Shown in pieces: positions 7,548 to 16,794 of a stretch of 54,369 bases of DNA. The notes below the pieces were generated by a model. That model was not told the DNA's origin and did not search any database. It was given only the letters and a program-made list of their open reading frames with translations. The translations under genes were made by a program, and so were the position numbers. Origin of the DNA: a virus (Duplodnaviria > Caudoviricetes); the IMG/VR virus record IMGVR_UViG_3300033148_002840, positions 1-54,369 of that record, one strand, 5' to 3'. Positions within the stretch are counted from its first letter, which is position 1. Each line of letters starts with the position of its first letter.

Positions 7548-8087
7548 ATGTCACATGATTTTGGTTGGGCGTTTGAGCAGATGAAAAGGGGGGCGCACGT
7601 TTGTCTCCCTGCTGGTCGTGATAGTGATGAGTATTGGTATATCAAAGGTGGAAAAATATGGGTCCATCAGGACTCTCTCTCCGACGCCCCCCTGGGTTTT
7701 TGCATGGGACCAGTTATAGCGTCAACTAATTGGGAACTATACGAACCCAAACCCAAGGACGTATCACCCCCATTCAACGCTTTGGATGTAGCGCGATTGG
7801 TTGGGGAGGTCCCTACTGATGAGTTGGTGGCGATTCAAGATGCCGCTCGCGGGGAGCTAGCGAAGCGGGAGACCCCCCGCTTTTGCCACAGCTTTACATG
7901 GGCCGTAGGTAAACTGTTTGTTGGGCAGACAGTACAATATGTTAAATGGAATCGTTTAGCTTACGCTTGGTATGTGGCCCGAAACGGGCGGTTGTACCTA
8001 AAAGACAAATACGGTGGGGTAACATTTTGGTATCCTTCTATAGATGAGATGCGGTCCGTTAGCGGTTGGCGGTTATATACCAAGTGA
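7548..8087 (+). CDS. Hypothetical protein with two similar domains (DUF2829/Thoeris anti-defence Tad2-like, tentative)
   Basis: HDFGWAFEQMKRGAHV..NWELY and HSFTWAVGKLFVGQTV..PSIDEM..GWRLY. Confidence 0.6.
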   Translation: MSHDFGWAFEQMKRGAHVCLPAGRDSDEYWYIKGGKIWVHQDSLSDAPLGFCMGPVIASTNWELYEPKPKDVSPPFNALDVARLVGEVPTDELVAIQDAARGELAKRETPRFCHSFTWAVGKLFVGQTVQYVKWNRLAYAWYVARNGRLYLKDKYGGVTFWYPSIDEMRSVSGWRLYTK

Positions 8088-8113
8088 TACCTTAGTGTCT
8101 GGGAGACAATAAT

Positions 8114-8284
8114 ATGGTTCCATTACTGAAAGTGATGATGATACTGTTTGCAGCGATCGCGGGATCGTTAGGTGTTTCAATTTTTCTCTATGACTTGCAC
8201 CCTTTATGGTGGGGATGGGTCATTGCATCCTATGTGGCATCTCTGCTCTTGGGATTTGCCGTAGAGGGCTTAGCATCAAAATGA
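8114..8284 (+). CDS. 56-aa two-TM membrane protein
   Basis: GGGAGAC-N6-ATG; two hydrophobic segments. Confidence 0.6.
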   Translation: MVPLLKVMMILFAAIAGSLGVSIFLYDLHPLWWGWVIASYVASLLLGFAVEGLASK

Positions 8285-8301
8285 CACTAACGATCCAAGG
8301 G

Positions 8302-8330
8302 TTGACAAAGTGGCATCGCGGGCCTAGAAT
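8302..8330 (+). promoter_or_regulatory. Sigma70-type promoter
   Basis: TTGACA-17 nt-TAGAAT, 12 nt before the HTH gene ATG. Confidence 0.8.
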
Positions 8331-8342
8331 TAGGGTGCACGC

Positions 8343-8636
8343 ATGACAACTCCCGACAATAAAAAGTTCGCCGCCTGGGTCCGGGAGCATCGCACGGTTT
8401 CAATGCGGGACGCGGCCTATTTGGGGGACCTGCGGTATGACTCTTGGAGGCATCTGGAGACTGGGAAATGGGTGCCTGTGGCACTCTACACCTTTTATCG
8501 GATTTCGCTGGGGCTGCAACTTCCGATTGCTGTAGTGTTGGCTGCGGCTGTTGAGTGTGGGCTACATAAAATTGGGCGACCACGGTTGTTCGATCAAGAT
8601 GCCCCAGGACTTTTTTCTACTACGGAGGACCTATAA
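8343..8636 (+). CDS. XRE-like helix-turn-helix regulator
   Basis: FAAWVREHR..SMRDAA......WRHLETGK..P..TFYRISLGL. Confidence 0.7.
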   Translation: MTTPDNKKFAAWVREHRTVSMRDAAYLGDLRYDSWRHLETGKWVPVALYTFYRISLGLQLPIAVVLAAAVECGLHKIGRPRLFDQDAPGLFSTTEDL

Positions 8637-8959
8637 TGTTTAGTAGCCCGGCTACCTTAGAAACAAGAATCATTCAATGCGAGAAGAACATCATGGCGCT
8701 TATGGAGCATGTGGATACGCTCCGTTTACAAAAGGCCGTTTCTCCAATAGCTGACGACTGGAGAAAACTCATGGTACGTGAGCATAAAAGCGTTTTCATT
8801 GTTCTCACCGGCAGCCCAACAGATTTTAGTGATGAGATTCACGCCATCTTCACAACACAAGAGGTGGCAGACGCTTTTGTGGCTGCTCGCCCAGATGGTT
8901 ATTGCCACGTTGTCGAATGGGCAGTTGATGAGCCCGATATAAACTTTGGCAACCGATAG
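8636..8959 (+). CDS. Hypothetical protein
   Basis: GGAGG RBS; TAATG overlap. Confidence 0.7.
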   Translation: MFSSPATLETRIIQCEKNIMALMEHVDTLRLQKAVSPIADDWRKLMVREHKSVFIVLTGSPTDFSDEIHAIFTTQEVADAFVAARPDGYCHVVEWAVDEPDINFGNR

Positions 8960-8979
8960 GGCAGTTGATGAGGAGGACA

Positions 8980-9519
8980 ATGGTGACTAAACCACTCATG
9001 ATTCTGGTTGACACCCGAGAGAAGAAGCCACTATCTTTTCCTGGGCTTTATGGCCGCAACGCAAAATCGGTCGCCGTTAAGGCCGCAGATTATGCCTTCG
9101 AGGGTCTAGAAGGAATAGTAGGAATCGAAAGGAAAGTCGGTATCGACGAGCTTGCGGCGTGTGTAACGCGGCGATCTGGGTGGTCCCGACTCGGCAGTCA
9201 ATTAAGGAGACTATGCTGTGAATACTCAATCCCAATCCTCCTCACGGAAGCCAGCGCCTCCGAGATCATGTTCGGAGAGCCAAAAAAGTCCACCCTGTCC
9301 GGGACCGAAATCTTCCGGCGAACCTTGTCCACCTGCCTGCGGTTCGGAGTCACGCCCATCTTTGCGGGGGGGCGCGTCGCAGCAAGTCGCATCGTCATTA
9401 CCATCGGGGACACCATCTGGGACCTCAAAAGGCGCCGTGTTCGAGAGTTCAACGCTATCGTCGCCGCTCGGGACCGTGCGATTGCCGTTATCAATATCGC
9501 CCAGTCGGCTAAAGACTAG
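8980..9519 (+). CDS. ERCC4-domain nuclease (putative junction resolvase)
   Basis: ILVDTREK, ADY and GIERK motifs. Confidence 0.85.
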   Translation: MVTKPLMILVDTREKKPLSFPGLYGRNAKSVAVKAADYAFEGLEGIVGIERKVGIDELAACVTRRSGWSRLGSQLRRLCCEYSIPILLTEASASEIMFGEPKKSTLSGTEIFRRTLSTCLRFGVTPIFAGGRVAASRIVITIGDTIWDLKRRRVREFNAIVAARDRAIAVINIAQSAKD

Positions 9520-10414
9520 ACAAGTGTGCCCGCGAAAGGAGTTCTATCAGTATGGGCTAGAGATTAGCCCACGGGGCATTAAGAAGGGGGCGTCGATTGG
9601 CACCCTAGTGCATACGTTTACGGAGACTGTCCGCGCCATGAAGTCGCATAAGATGGCGTTCGAGTTGGTGGAGCAAGACATTGAGAAGTTACGTAAGCGG
9701 GCGGTAGCAAGCGATTGGGAATCTGATATCTTGACGTATGCTGATGTGACCGCGAAGACTCGCGCTATGATACACGCCTATGCCGAGTTCTACGGTGAGG
9801 ACGATGAGTGGAATTGCCCGGACGTTGAGAGTTGGATTCAGGTGCCCAACTGGCCATGCGAGGGGATTAGATTTAATGGTCGGTTGGATGCGATGGCGGA
9901 AATTGAGCGGCGGGGGCTTGCACTAACTGAAACGAAGACGGGTACGCGGCTTGATCCCAATAGGTGGTCGCTAACTCCGTTTGAGGTCGCTGCCGTTATG
10001 TACGCTTATGCGTACAGAAAGATGTTCGGGAAGGCGCCATTTGGGGTCCTATGGGATTGGGTACGGACACCGAGTCTTCGCGTCAAGGCGGATGAAGGGA
10101 TTAACGAGTTTTCAGCGAGACTTCAGGCGGACATGTTGAAGCGGCCACTTGAGTACTTTTCGAGAGAGATCGTCCCCTTTGGGCCGAATGATATTGAACT
10201 TGGGGAGCGAGAGCAGCGACGAGACGCGCTAGACTTATTGGATGATTACTTGTACTGCTGTGAGTACGGTTTCGATATTAGAATATTCCGTCGTCGGTCT
10301 GAGAACTGCCTGCGATATGGGGCCTGCGAGTACCGACAGTTGTGCACGCAACCGATTACGCCTGAAATGCTAGATGAGTTTGATAAGAAGGAGAGGTATC
10401 ATGGCAAGCGTTAG
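9218..10414 (+). CDS. PD-(D/E)XK Cas4/RecB-like exonuclease (start 9218 or 9476)
   Basis: SPSRLK..CPRK, GTLVH, GRLD, ETKT, C-terminal C..YG.C.Y..LC. Confidence 0.85.
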   Translation: MNTQSQSSSRKPAPPRSCSESQKSPPCPGPKSSGEPCPPACGSESRPSLRGGASQQVASSLPSGTPSGTSKGAVFESSTLSSPLGTVRLPLSISPSRLKTRQVCPRKEFYQYGLEISPRGIKKGASIGTLVHTFTETVRAMKSHKMAFELVEQDIEKLRKRAVASDWESDILTYADVTAKTRAMIHAYAEFYGEDDEWNCPDVESWIQVPNWPCEGIRFNGRLDAMAEIERRGLALTETKTGTRLDPNRWSLTPFEVAAVMYAYAYRKMFGKAPFGVLWDWVRTPSLRVKADEGINEFSARLQADMLKRPLEYFSREIVPFGPNDIELGEREQRRDALDLLDDYLYCCEYGFDIRIFRRRSENCLRYGACEYRQLCTQPITPEMLDEFDKKERYHGKR

Positions 10415-10715
10415 CCCTTACAAGCTCGTGAACCCTACAAGCCCCGTTAATCACTTCGTGTGTAAGTTGTGCGGTGAATATTGGGCCGGGCGTCTTGAGG
10501 AAACCCCGCCGACACAATGTAAAAGCTGCGGGGGGTCAATAGACGAAGTGCGTGATGTAGCAGGTTGGATTAAGTTTTGCAAGAAACGGATAGCGATCGC
10601 CCACGAAAAGGCCGCGGTGTTTGATTCATGGCCAAAAACGCATCCTGACCCTAGGTCTTTTTGGGTTGGATATGCGGCGGCATTAGAGGATGTGCTTATC
10701 ACATGTGAGGAGTAA
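10401..10715 (+). CDS. Zn-ribbon protein
   Basis: AAGGAG RBS; CKLC and CKSC. Confidence 0.7.
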   Translation: MASVSPYKLVNPTSPVNHFVCKLCGEYWAGRLEETPPTQCKSCGGSIDEVRDVAGWIKFCKKRIAIAHEKAAVFDSWPKTHPDPRSFWVGYAAALEDVLITCEE

Positions 10716-10719
10716 TTTC

Positions 10720-11187
10720 ATGGCAAGTAGCGTCGATAAAAATTATCCACTGTTTCCTGGAGATTTTGAAGAGAACGACCGAATAATGCTTATGGCGGTA
10801 TATAATATACGCCCGAAGATACACCCCTCCGATGACCACTTACCCCACCAGGAGGCGTTAAGGATCATCTCCAAACTTCTACGATTAAACACGATAGGCT
10901 TTCACCCCAATGGAGCCCCCTACCTTACTGGACGTGGCCATGCAGTTTTGAATGCCTTGCTTCACAACGGCCAAACCGAAGGGGAGATTAAATGCCCACC
11001 AATGCCTACGATGAAGTTCTCCCCAGAAGATATTCGCCAATGCCATGAGATCATCGCGAAATATATAGCCAATGAGCTATTTGGTTGGCCAAGCATTACT
11101 TATCAATGTTCGGGGGCAGGGGTTGGTGCGACAGTTGACCAAACCCTTCAAGAGTTATATGCGGCGTGTCGAAAAGGACCTTGCTAA
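10720..11187 (+). CDS. Hypothetical winged-helix-like protein
   Basis: GAGGAG RBS; KLLRL...YLTGRG, similar to the next gene. Confidence 0.65.
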   Translation: MASSVDKNYPLFPGDFEENDRIMLMAVYNIRPKIHPSDDHLPHQEALRIISKLLRLNTIGFHPNGAPYLTGRGHAVLNALLHNGQTEGEIKCPPMPTMKFSPEDIRQCHEIIAKYIANELFGWPSITYQCSGAGVGATVDQTLQELYAACRKGPC

Positions 11188-11399
11188 TGTCTCCAGACCT
11201 AAATGATCTCGACTGGAATATACTCACCGCGACCAACGACGAGAATCATCCTGCGGTCCGGGCGGACGAGACAAAGGCGATGATCTCTATCGGGAAGTTG
11301 TTTAGACTAAAGCTAGTTGAATATGGAATCAAGGGTAATTTGTTGCCGACTGAACTAGGAAAGCTCGCGTTAGCTGAAAAGGAGACCTTAGATGCCTAA
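11187..11399 (+). CDS. Small winged-helix-like protein, paralog of the previous gene
   Basis: KLFRL...PTELGKLAL. Confidence 0.6.
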   Translation: MSPDLNDLDWNILTATNDENHPAVRADETKAMISIGKLFRLKLVEYGIKGNLLPTELGKLALAEKETLDA

Positions 11400-12255
11400 G
11401 TTTACGGTTGATAGCCGAACCGTCGTGACCGCGGATACCACTAAGAAGAAGCTCGGCGATGTCTTCGAGACTTATAGCCCTAAACAGGCCAAAGTACAGG
11501 ACATCACTGCACTGGTGCATGGTGAGAGCGGCGTGGGTAAGACCGCATTTCTGTCTGGGTTTCCAAACCCGATCTTCATTTTCACGGAAGATAGCGGGCA
11601 GTTTATGGAGTGCCGACGAACGCTGGTCTACGCCTGGAAGGATTTCTGTAAAACTATTGTAACCTTGGAGAGATTGAAGTCTACCTTCAAGGATGAGGAC
11701 CCCCCACCCACGCTTATCATTGACACCGTGGACCAGCTCTATACCATGTGTGAGAATCACGTCTGCGAAGTGCGTGGTATGGAGTATCCATCAGATGCTA
11801 CCAGCGGGGCAGGTTGGGCGTACGTTGGTAATGAGTTTGCTCAGTGGTTCCGACGCGCCCGCGCACTCTTTGGCGGCGTTTGGATGACTACACATACCAC
11901 GGAACTTTATACGATAGATGCAGGCTTCGATGAGCGAAAGGGAAAAAAGGTTCCCGAGATGGGGAAGCGCGCATGGCGGGTTATTCGTCCACACCTCGCC
12001 GTAACAATCTTCCTCGATGCTGTGCGGATGCAGAACAAAGATGGCAAGCTGCATAATGCGCGGGTGGCTAAGATAAGCGTTGATCCGCACCACGCGGCAA
12101 AGAAGCGGCATGGGCTTAATCTCCCGGACCAGGTGTTGTGTCCTGATCCCAATGCCGGACACAATCCGGCAGGCCCCTTCTTAGATGCGTTTAAGCAAGC
12201 CCTCATTAAGGGCGAAACCATAACCCCCAGTACAGGAGGCCAATCAAATGGCTGA
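11392..12255 (+). CDS. AAA_24/Sak4-like ATPase recombinase
   Basis: Walker A GESGVGKT; Walker B LIIDTVDQL; next to exonuclease and SSB-like genes. Confidence 0.85.
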   Translation: MPKFTVDSRTVVTADTTKKKLGDVFETYSPKQAKVQDITALVHGESGVGKTAFLSGFPNPIFIFTEDSGQFMECRRTLVYAWKDFCKTIVTLERLKSTFKDEDPPPTLIIDTVDQLYTMCENHVCEVRGMEYPSDATSGAGWAYVGNEFAQWFRRARALFGGVWMTTHTTELYTIDAGFDERKGKKVPEMGKRAWRVIRPHLAVTIFLDAVRMQNKDGKLHNARVAKISVDPHHAAKKRHGLNLPDQVLCPDPNAGHNPAGPFLDAFKQALIKGETITPSTGGQSNG

Positions 12256-12694
12256 GAACGAGGAGTTGGTAAGTCAACTATTGGATGAGCAGGACGAAAA
12301 GGATTTCGCAGTAGCGGGGTCTGGTATCCCCCTCGATGTGGGGGACCATACCGTAGATGTTGTGGCCCTTGAGGGTAAGACCACAGAAAAGGCGAAGGTT
12401 GTCACCCTCAGTATTGAAACCGTTGATGACGTGGGGCCGACGGGCGCTCCCATCAAGTTCACTTGTGATTATTGGATCGTGAACGAGGCTGGTCAGCGCC
12501 GGGACATTGAACTGGGCAGGCTTCGTAAGGAACTCGGTATTATGATGCGGGGTGCCGATTTAGACCCCACTGGACTGAGCGGGAATGATCGTTTGGCGGC
12601 CGTTCAGAGTGCGTTGCCCCTTCGAGTTGCCTTCAATGTGAAGCAATCCGGCGAGTTCAAAAACTGGAAGATCGTCAGAGTAGTCAGCGGTTAG
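12248..12694 (+). CDS. Putative ssDNA-binding protein
   Basis: Follows the Sak4-like gene; beta-rich with an acidic N terminus. Confidence 0.55.
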   Translation: MAENEELVSQLLDEQDEKDFAVAGSGIPLDVGDHTVDVVALEGKTTEKAKVVTLSIETVDDVGPTGAPIKFTCDYWIVNEAGQRRDIELGRLRKELGIMMRGADLDPTGLSGNDRLAAVQSALPLRVAFNVKQSGEFKNWKIVRVVSG

Positions 12695-12701
12695 GACCAC
12701 T

Positions 12702-13940
12702 ATGTCCCAGGTATCGGAGGAGGGGGCGCAGACTGTTTGGACGCCCCCTCCAGGCCCGAATTTGCAGGACGTGCGAGATGCCTACAGGGAACTTCTATAC
12801 CTGGAGAAGGCGCATCTGGCGATGATTGATTATGTGATGGCGCTAGTGCTCGGGCAACGACTCCAGGGGGAGAATGTCTGGTCGTATATTATTGGGCCTC
12901 CGAGTTGTGGGAAGGGGGTCCTGTTAGATGGACTCCGGGGGGAGCGTGGTGATAAAGGCGTCGATGACATTGTTTGGTTGTCGCAGATGTCGGACGCCGC
13001 ACTCGTATCCGGGTATAAGAAACCGGGCGCAAAAAAGAGCCCGGACTACGGACTCCTTCCAAAGTTGAACGGCAAGATTCTGGTGATTAAGGAGTTGACG
13101 CCATTACTGACCACGATGCCGCAATCACGGGACAAAATACTAGGGCAGTTCCGCGATGCCTACGATCAGTTCTTTGCAAAGAAGCATGGAAATGAAACCG
13201 ACATCAGTGGCTATTATTCTAAGTTCGGGTTTATCGCTGCGGTAACACCGGAGATCGACAGATTTCGGTCCGCGATGCAAGCGCTTGGAGAGCGCTGCTT
13301 GGCGATTCGTTGGCCGCCATATGGTAACTTACGGGCGCTAGCTCGAAAGGCAGCACTCGCCAATGACACGCCACTGGCGGACAAACAGAAAATTATGAAG
13401 CCTGTTAAGACCTTCTTGGAGAAGCGGCCTGGGTGCCTCTCTCGGGATGTTGTGATTAGTCCAGAGTTGTTGGATAAGATTATTGATCTTGGGATGTTGA
13501 CGGCACGATTGCGGTCTACGGTAGCGCGGAAGGATAGCGCTTTTGGGGAGCAAACGGTACTTTATCGCCCGGAGCCAGAGGTCAGCCCGCGACTTGTTAA
13601 GCAGCTTGTTGCGTTAGCTAAGGGGATCGCGGTTTCTCGGGATCGACACTATGTTATCGAGGACGATCTATGGTTGGTGCGGCAAGTTACTCGGGGGTGT
13701 TTAACCAAGAGAACACTACAGTTATTGGATACTATTCATGGGACTAAAGCCGCCACAGTGAAATATCTTCATGCCGCTACGGATGACAGCTATTCAACAC
13801 TGGCGAGAGATGTTGGGGACTTGGTGATGTTGGGGGTGCTACGAAAGACTCGCGTTGCTAAAGAGAACTATTACTCGTTTATTGACGAGTATTTGAAGTT
13901 GATTGATGATACGGGGTATTTTGATGATGGGATTGAGTAA
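12702..13940 (+). CDS. MCM-like AAA+ ATPase, putative replicative helicase with C-terminal wHTH
   Basis: GPPSCGKG, GLL..L.GKILVIKE, FIAAVTP, ERCL, SPRLVKQL. Confidence 0.75.
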   Translation: MSQVSEEGAQTVWTPPPGPNLQDVRDAYRELLYLEKAHLAMIDYVMALVLGQRLQGENVWSYIIGPPSCGKGVLLDGLRGERGDKGVDDIVWLSQMSDAALVSGYKKPGAKKSPDYGLLPKLNGKILVIKELTPLLTTMPQSRDKILGQFRDAYDQFFAKKHGNETDISGYYSKFGFIAAVTPEIDRFRSAMQALGERCLAIRWPPYGNLRALARKAALANDTPLADKQKIMKPVKTFLEKRPGCLSRDVVISPELLDKIIDLGMLTARLRSTVARKDSAFGEQTVLYRPEPEVSPRLVKQLVALAKGIAVSRDRHYVIEDDLWLVRQVTRGCLTKRTLQLLDTIHGTKAATVKYLHAATDDSYSTLARDVGDLVMLGVLRKTRVAKENYYSFIDEYLKLIDDTGYFDDGIE

Positions 13941-13952
13941 AGGAGACTCATT

Positions 13953-14165
13953 ATGACCAAAATTACGCTATGTGTGACACCCGAACCAAAGACACGGTGT
14001 ATTGGGGACCTTCCAGTAGGGACGTGTTACAGTCGGGAGCATGAGTTATTTATTAGACAAAAGGGACCGTATGCTTTGCGCCTGGATGATATGGAGTCCG
14101 TACAGGTTCATTTATATTCTGATATAGAACGGGTCTTTGATAGCGTTACGATTACTGCGGAATAG
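13953..14165 (+). CDS. Hypothetical protein
   Basis: AAGGAGAC-N5-ATG. Confidence 0.7.
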   Translation: MTKITLCVTPEPKTRCIGDLPVGTCYSREHELFIRQKGPYALRLDDMESVQVHLYSDIERVFDSVTITAE

Positions 14166-14178
14166 AAGGAGCCACCCG

Positions 14179-14508
14179 ATGGCAGAGTATAACTCTTTGA
14201 CTGCGTTGTCCCAGAGTATTCATGCTTGGGCGCATAGAAAGGGATTCTACACTGGGGAGCATCGACCCCCGTGTGTTCATGTTGGAGGGAATCGCCTTGC
14301 CGTTTTGATGTTGGTTGTTACGGAATTGGGGGAGGCCGCAGAGGCCATTCGTCGGGATGATGAAAGTAATTTTAGGGAGGAGATCGCTGATGCTATCATC
14401 CGTCTGTTGGATTTAGCGGCCGCAGATGGGATGGATATTCACCAGGAGATAGAGGATAAAATGGCCTTTAATGAGCAACGTCCGGTGCGGCATGGAAAGG
14501 TTTGTTAA
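14179..14508 (+). CDS. MazG-like NTP pyrophosphohydrolase
   Basis: LMLVVTELGEAAEAIR..FREEIADAIIRLLDL. Confidence 0.85.
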   Translation: MAEYNSLTALSQSIHAWAHRKGFYTGEHRPPCVHVGGNRLAVLMLVVTELGEAAEAIRRDDESNFREEIADAIIRLLDLAAADGMDIHQEIEDKMAFNEQRPVRHGKVC

Positions 14509-14522
14509 GAAGGAGACCAATA

Positions 14523-15182
14523 ATGCCCTGGATACAACTAAATGACGGTACTAAAATTGATTATGGGAAACCGGAGTTTCTCACTGAGAATTGGGGGACG
14601 ATCTTCGTGGCGGCGGTCGCTTCAATTGCGCAGCAGGTCCGCTTTCAGGGGCACACTTATCCCTGTTTAACGGTTGCTGAGCATAGTATGGTTGCCGCGG
14701 CCATTAAGCCGGAGATTGTTGGGATTGATCCCGAGGATAAGGTTGCTGTTGTGGAGTACCCTATTCGGGCGCTACTGCACGATGTATCTGAGGCATTCTT
14801 TTCTGATATACCAGGGCCCGCGAAGCTACACATGTACTGGAAGGTCGGAAAAAAATATGCGCCATTGCGGGAGTTCATGGGTCGTTTTGATGATGCCATT
14901 GGGAAGGCCTTCGAGTTAGCCCCGCCCCTTATCACGGAGGCAGTCGGCCGTGGGGATAAGATTGCAACTGCTGTTGAAGGGGTTGCAGGGCTTTCAGAGA
15001 TTACCGATAAGTGGACGGACGGGTATTTCGATGAGAGGGTTGTTATTCCGCCCAGGTTTCTTGACCGTAAGAGTCGAACGGTAACGGACATTATGGCTGA
15101 GTATTTTCTGGCATTTCAAGGGTACAAGGCTGATATGACGCTAGCGCGGAGACAAGAGAAATTGGAAGGAGACCAAAAATGA
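14523..15182 (+). CDS. HD-domain 5'-deoxynucleotidase (YfbR/YfdR-like)
   Basis: RFQGH, TVAEHS, ALLHDVSEAF.SDIP.PAK. Confidence 0.85.
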   Translation: MPWIQLNDGTKIDYGKPEFLTENWGTIFVAAVASIAQQVRFQGHTYPCLTVAEHSMVAAAIKPEIVGIDPEDKVAVVEYPIRALLHDVSEAFFSDIPGPAKLHMYWKVGKKYAPLREFMGRFDDAIGKAFELAPPLITEAVGRGDKIATAVEGVAGLSEITDKWTDGYFDERVVIPPRFLDRKSRTVTDIMAEYFLAFQGYKADMTLARRQEKLEGDQK

Positions 15183-15613
15183 CCGGAGAGCAATTCGATA
15201 GGGTTGTAGAGGAAACTCTACAGAAGTGTAAGGGAATTCGGGAAGCTAAGGGGGCAGATTACACTGATGGGCGAGACCGCCTCAGTAACTTTAAGGAGAT
15301 TGCTCAGTCGTTAGGATTGACGCCATTACAGGTATGGGCGGTCTACTTTATGAAGGGCATCACCGCGATTCTTCGCTATGCAAATCATGGAGTGTTGGAA
15401 TCGGAGCCCATTGATGCCCGGTTTCAGGATGCGATCAACTACCTACTACTTGGACAGGCGATTGTTAAGGAGGCCGGGCTTGAACCCATGCACACGAATG
15501 GTTGGCAGTTTACGGGCCAAGTGGCTCCTGGCTTTCAGGTATTAAGTGGGGGCAGCCTTGCAAAAAGACCCAACCAGGCAAGGAAGAGGGTAAATGGTGA
15601 GACAGATGAGTAA
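15179..15613 (+). CDS. DUF1599/nucleotide-modification-associated domain 1-like protein
   Basis: KGADY..DRLSNF...K....SEPIDARFQDAINYLLL. Confidence 0.65.
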   Translation: MTGEQFDRVVEETLQKCKGIREAKGADYTDGRDRLSNFKEIAQSLGLTPLQVWAVYFMKGITAILRYANHGVLESEPIDARFQDAINYLLLGQAIVKEAGLEPMHTNGWQFTGQVAPGFQVLSGGSLAKRPNQARKRVNGETDE

Positions 15614-16781
15614 ATTCTGGACACAAAATGAAACCAATCTCTTAAAAGACTATTGGGAGAGTGATCCTAATAGGGTCCTTACCACACTCAATAGAACCCG
15701 AGAGGGTATTCGTCATAAGGCGCGACAGTTGGGACTAACGCAAGCGGCGATTGCCCCAACTGAACCCGTAGATATTGATATGGAGGCGCGCCTTCAGGTC
15801 GCCCATGCGTCCGTTCGGGAGGGGCAGCGCACCATTCAACTATTGAAGAAGTACCTAGGGGAGGCGCTTGAATACCGCGATGAGTTGATGGATGCCTGCC
15901 GGACATTACCGGTACCCAAATCCCCACCACAGTTACCTAAACCCCATAAGAGCACGCACCCCTGTTCTATTGTATCGTTGATTAGTGACTGGCATATCGG
16001 GGAGAAGGTTAGCGCCGAGGAGACCCAAGGGTTCGGTGGGTTTGATCTGGCTATTGCGGAGAGACGGGTCGCAGAGTTGGGCGATACGATTATTCGTTAC
16101 ACACAGGCGCAACGATCTGCCTACCAAATCGAACACTGCGCGGTCTTGGTTCTGGGTGATATGATTTCTGGAGAGCTGCATGAGGATTTTGTGAGGACTA
16201 ATGAGCTGGCGATTGCGGAGCAGCCCGCGAGAGCCGCGGGGCTCCTGGCTGAATATCTGAATCGGCTCTCCGGCGCATTCAAACGTGTTGATGTCTATAT
16301 CATACCAGGAAATCACGGCCGTAGCCAGAGGAAGCCCCCGTCTAAGCTCGCGGTGGTCTCAAATTATGAGTGGACTATGCAGCAAATCCTGTGCGTTATG
16401 CTACGGGATAACCATCGGATTAAGATTACGGCGTATAAGAGTGCGATGGAGGTCGTGCACGTTACTGGACACAGATTTTTGATTATGCACGGAGATGGGA
16501 TTGCAGCTTATAAGAGGACACCATTTTATGGGTTCCAGAATCTTGTGAGTTCAGAGGCGCTGAAACGGTTGGGCACTGATCGCTGGTTCGACTTCGTGAC
16601 TATTGGGCATTGGCATGTGCCCGCAGACTTTGCTGGGAAGCTCTTTATCAATGGGTGCCTGTGCGGGTATACTGAGTATAATCAGAAGCAGAGTCACCAA
16701 CATTGTGGGGCATCGCAGGTAGCCTTTTTGCTGCACCCGAAGCATGGGATATTTAATAGGATTGTGGTTAAGCTTACGTAA
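15606..16781 (+). CDS. Calcineurin-like metallophosphoesterase with N-terminal HTH
   Basis: SDWHIG, LGDMI, PGNHG, MHGD, GHWH. Confidence 0.85.
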   Translation: MSKFWTQNETNLLKDYWESDPNRVLTTLNRTREGIRHKARQLGLTQAAIAPTEPVDIDMEARLQVAHASVREGQRTIQLLKKYLGEALEYRDELMDACRTLPVPKSPPQLPKPHKSTHPCSIVSLISDWHIGEKVSAEETQGFGGFDLAIAERRVAELGDTIIRYTQAQRSAYQIEHCAVLVLGDMISGELHEDFVRTNELAIAEQPARAAGLLAEYLNRLSGAFKRVDVYIIPGNHGRSQRKPPSKLAVVSNYEWTMQQILCVMLRDNHRIKITAYKSAMEVVHVTGHRFLIMHGDGIAAYKRTPFYGFQNLVSSEALKRLGTDRWFDFVTIGHWHVPADFAGKLFINGCLCGYTEYNQKQSHQHCGASQVAFLLHPKHGIFNRIVVKLT

Positions 16782-16794
16782 GAGGAGACTACTA

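Noticed and set aside
9218-10414. CRISPR-Cas system (Cas4)
   Set aside because: No array or other cas genes; the context is a phage recombination module.
14179-15182. 2-aminoadenine (Z-genome) pathway
   Set aside because: MazG-like and HD genes are present, but no PurZ/PurA homolog was recognised.
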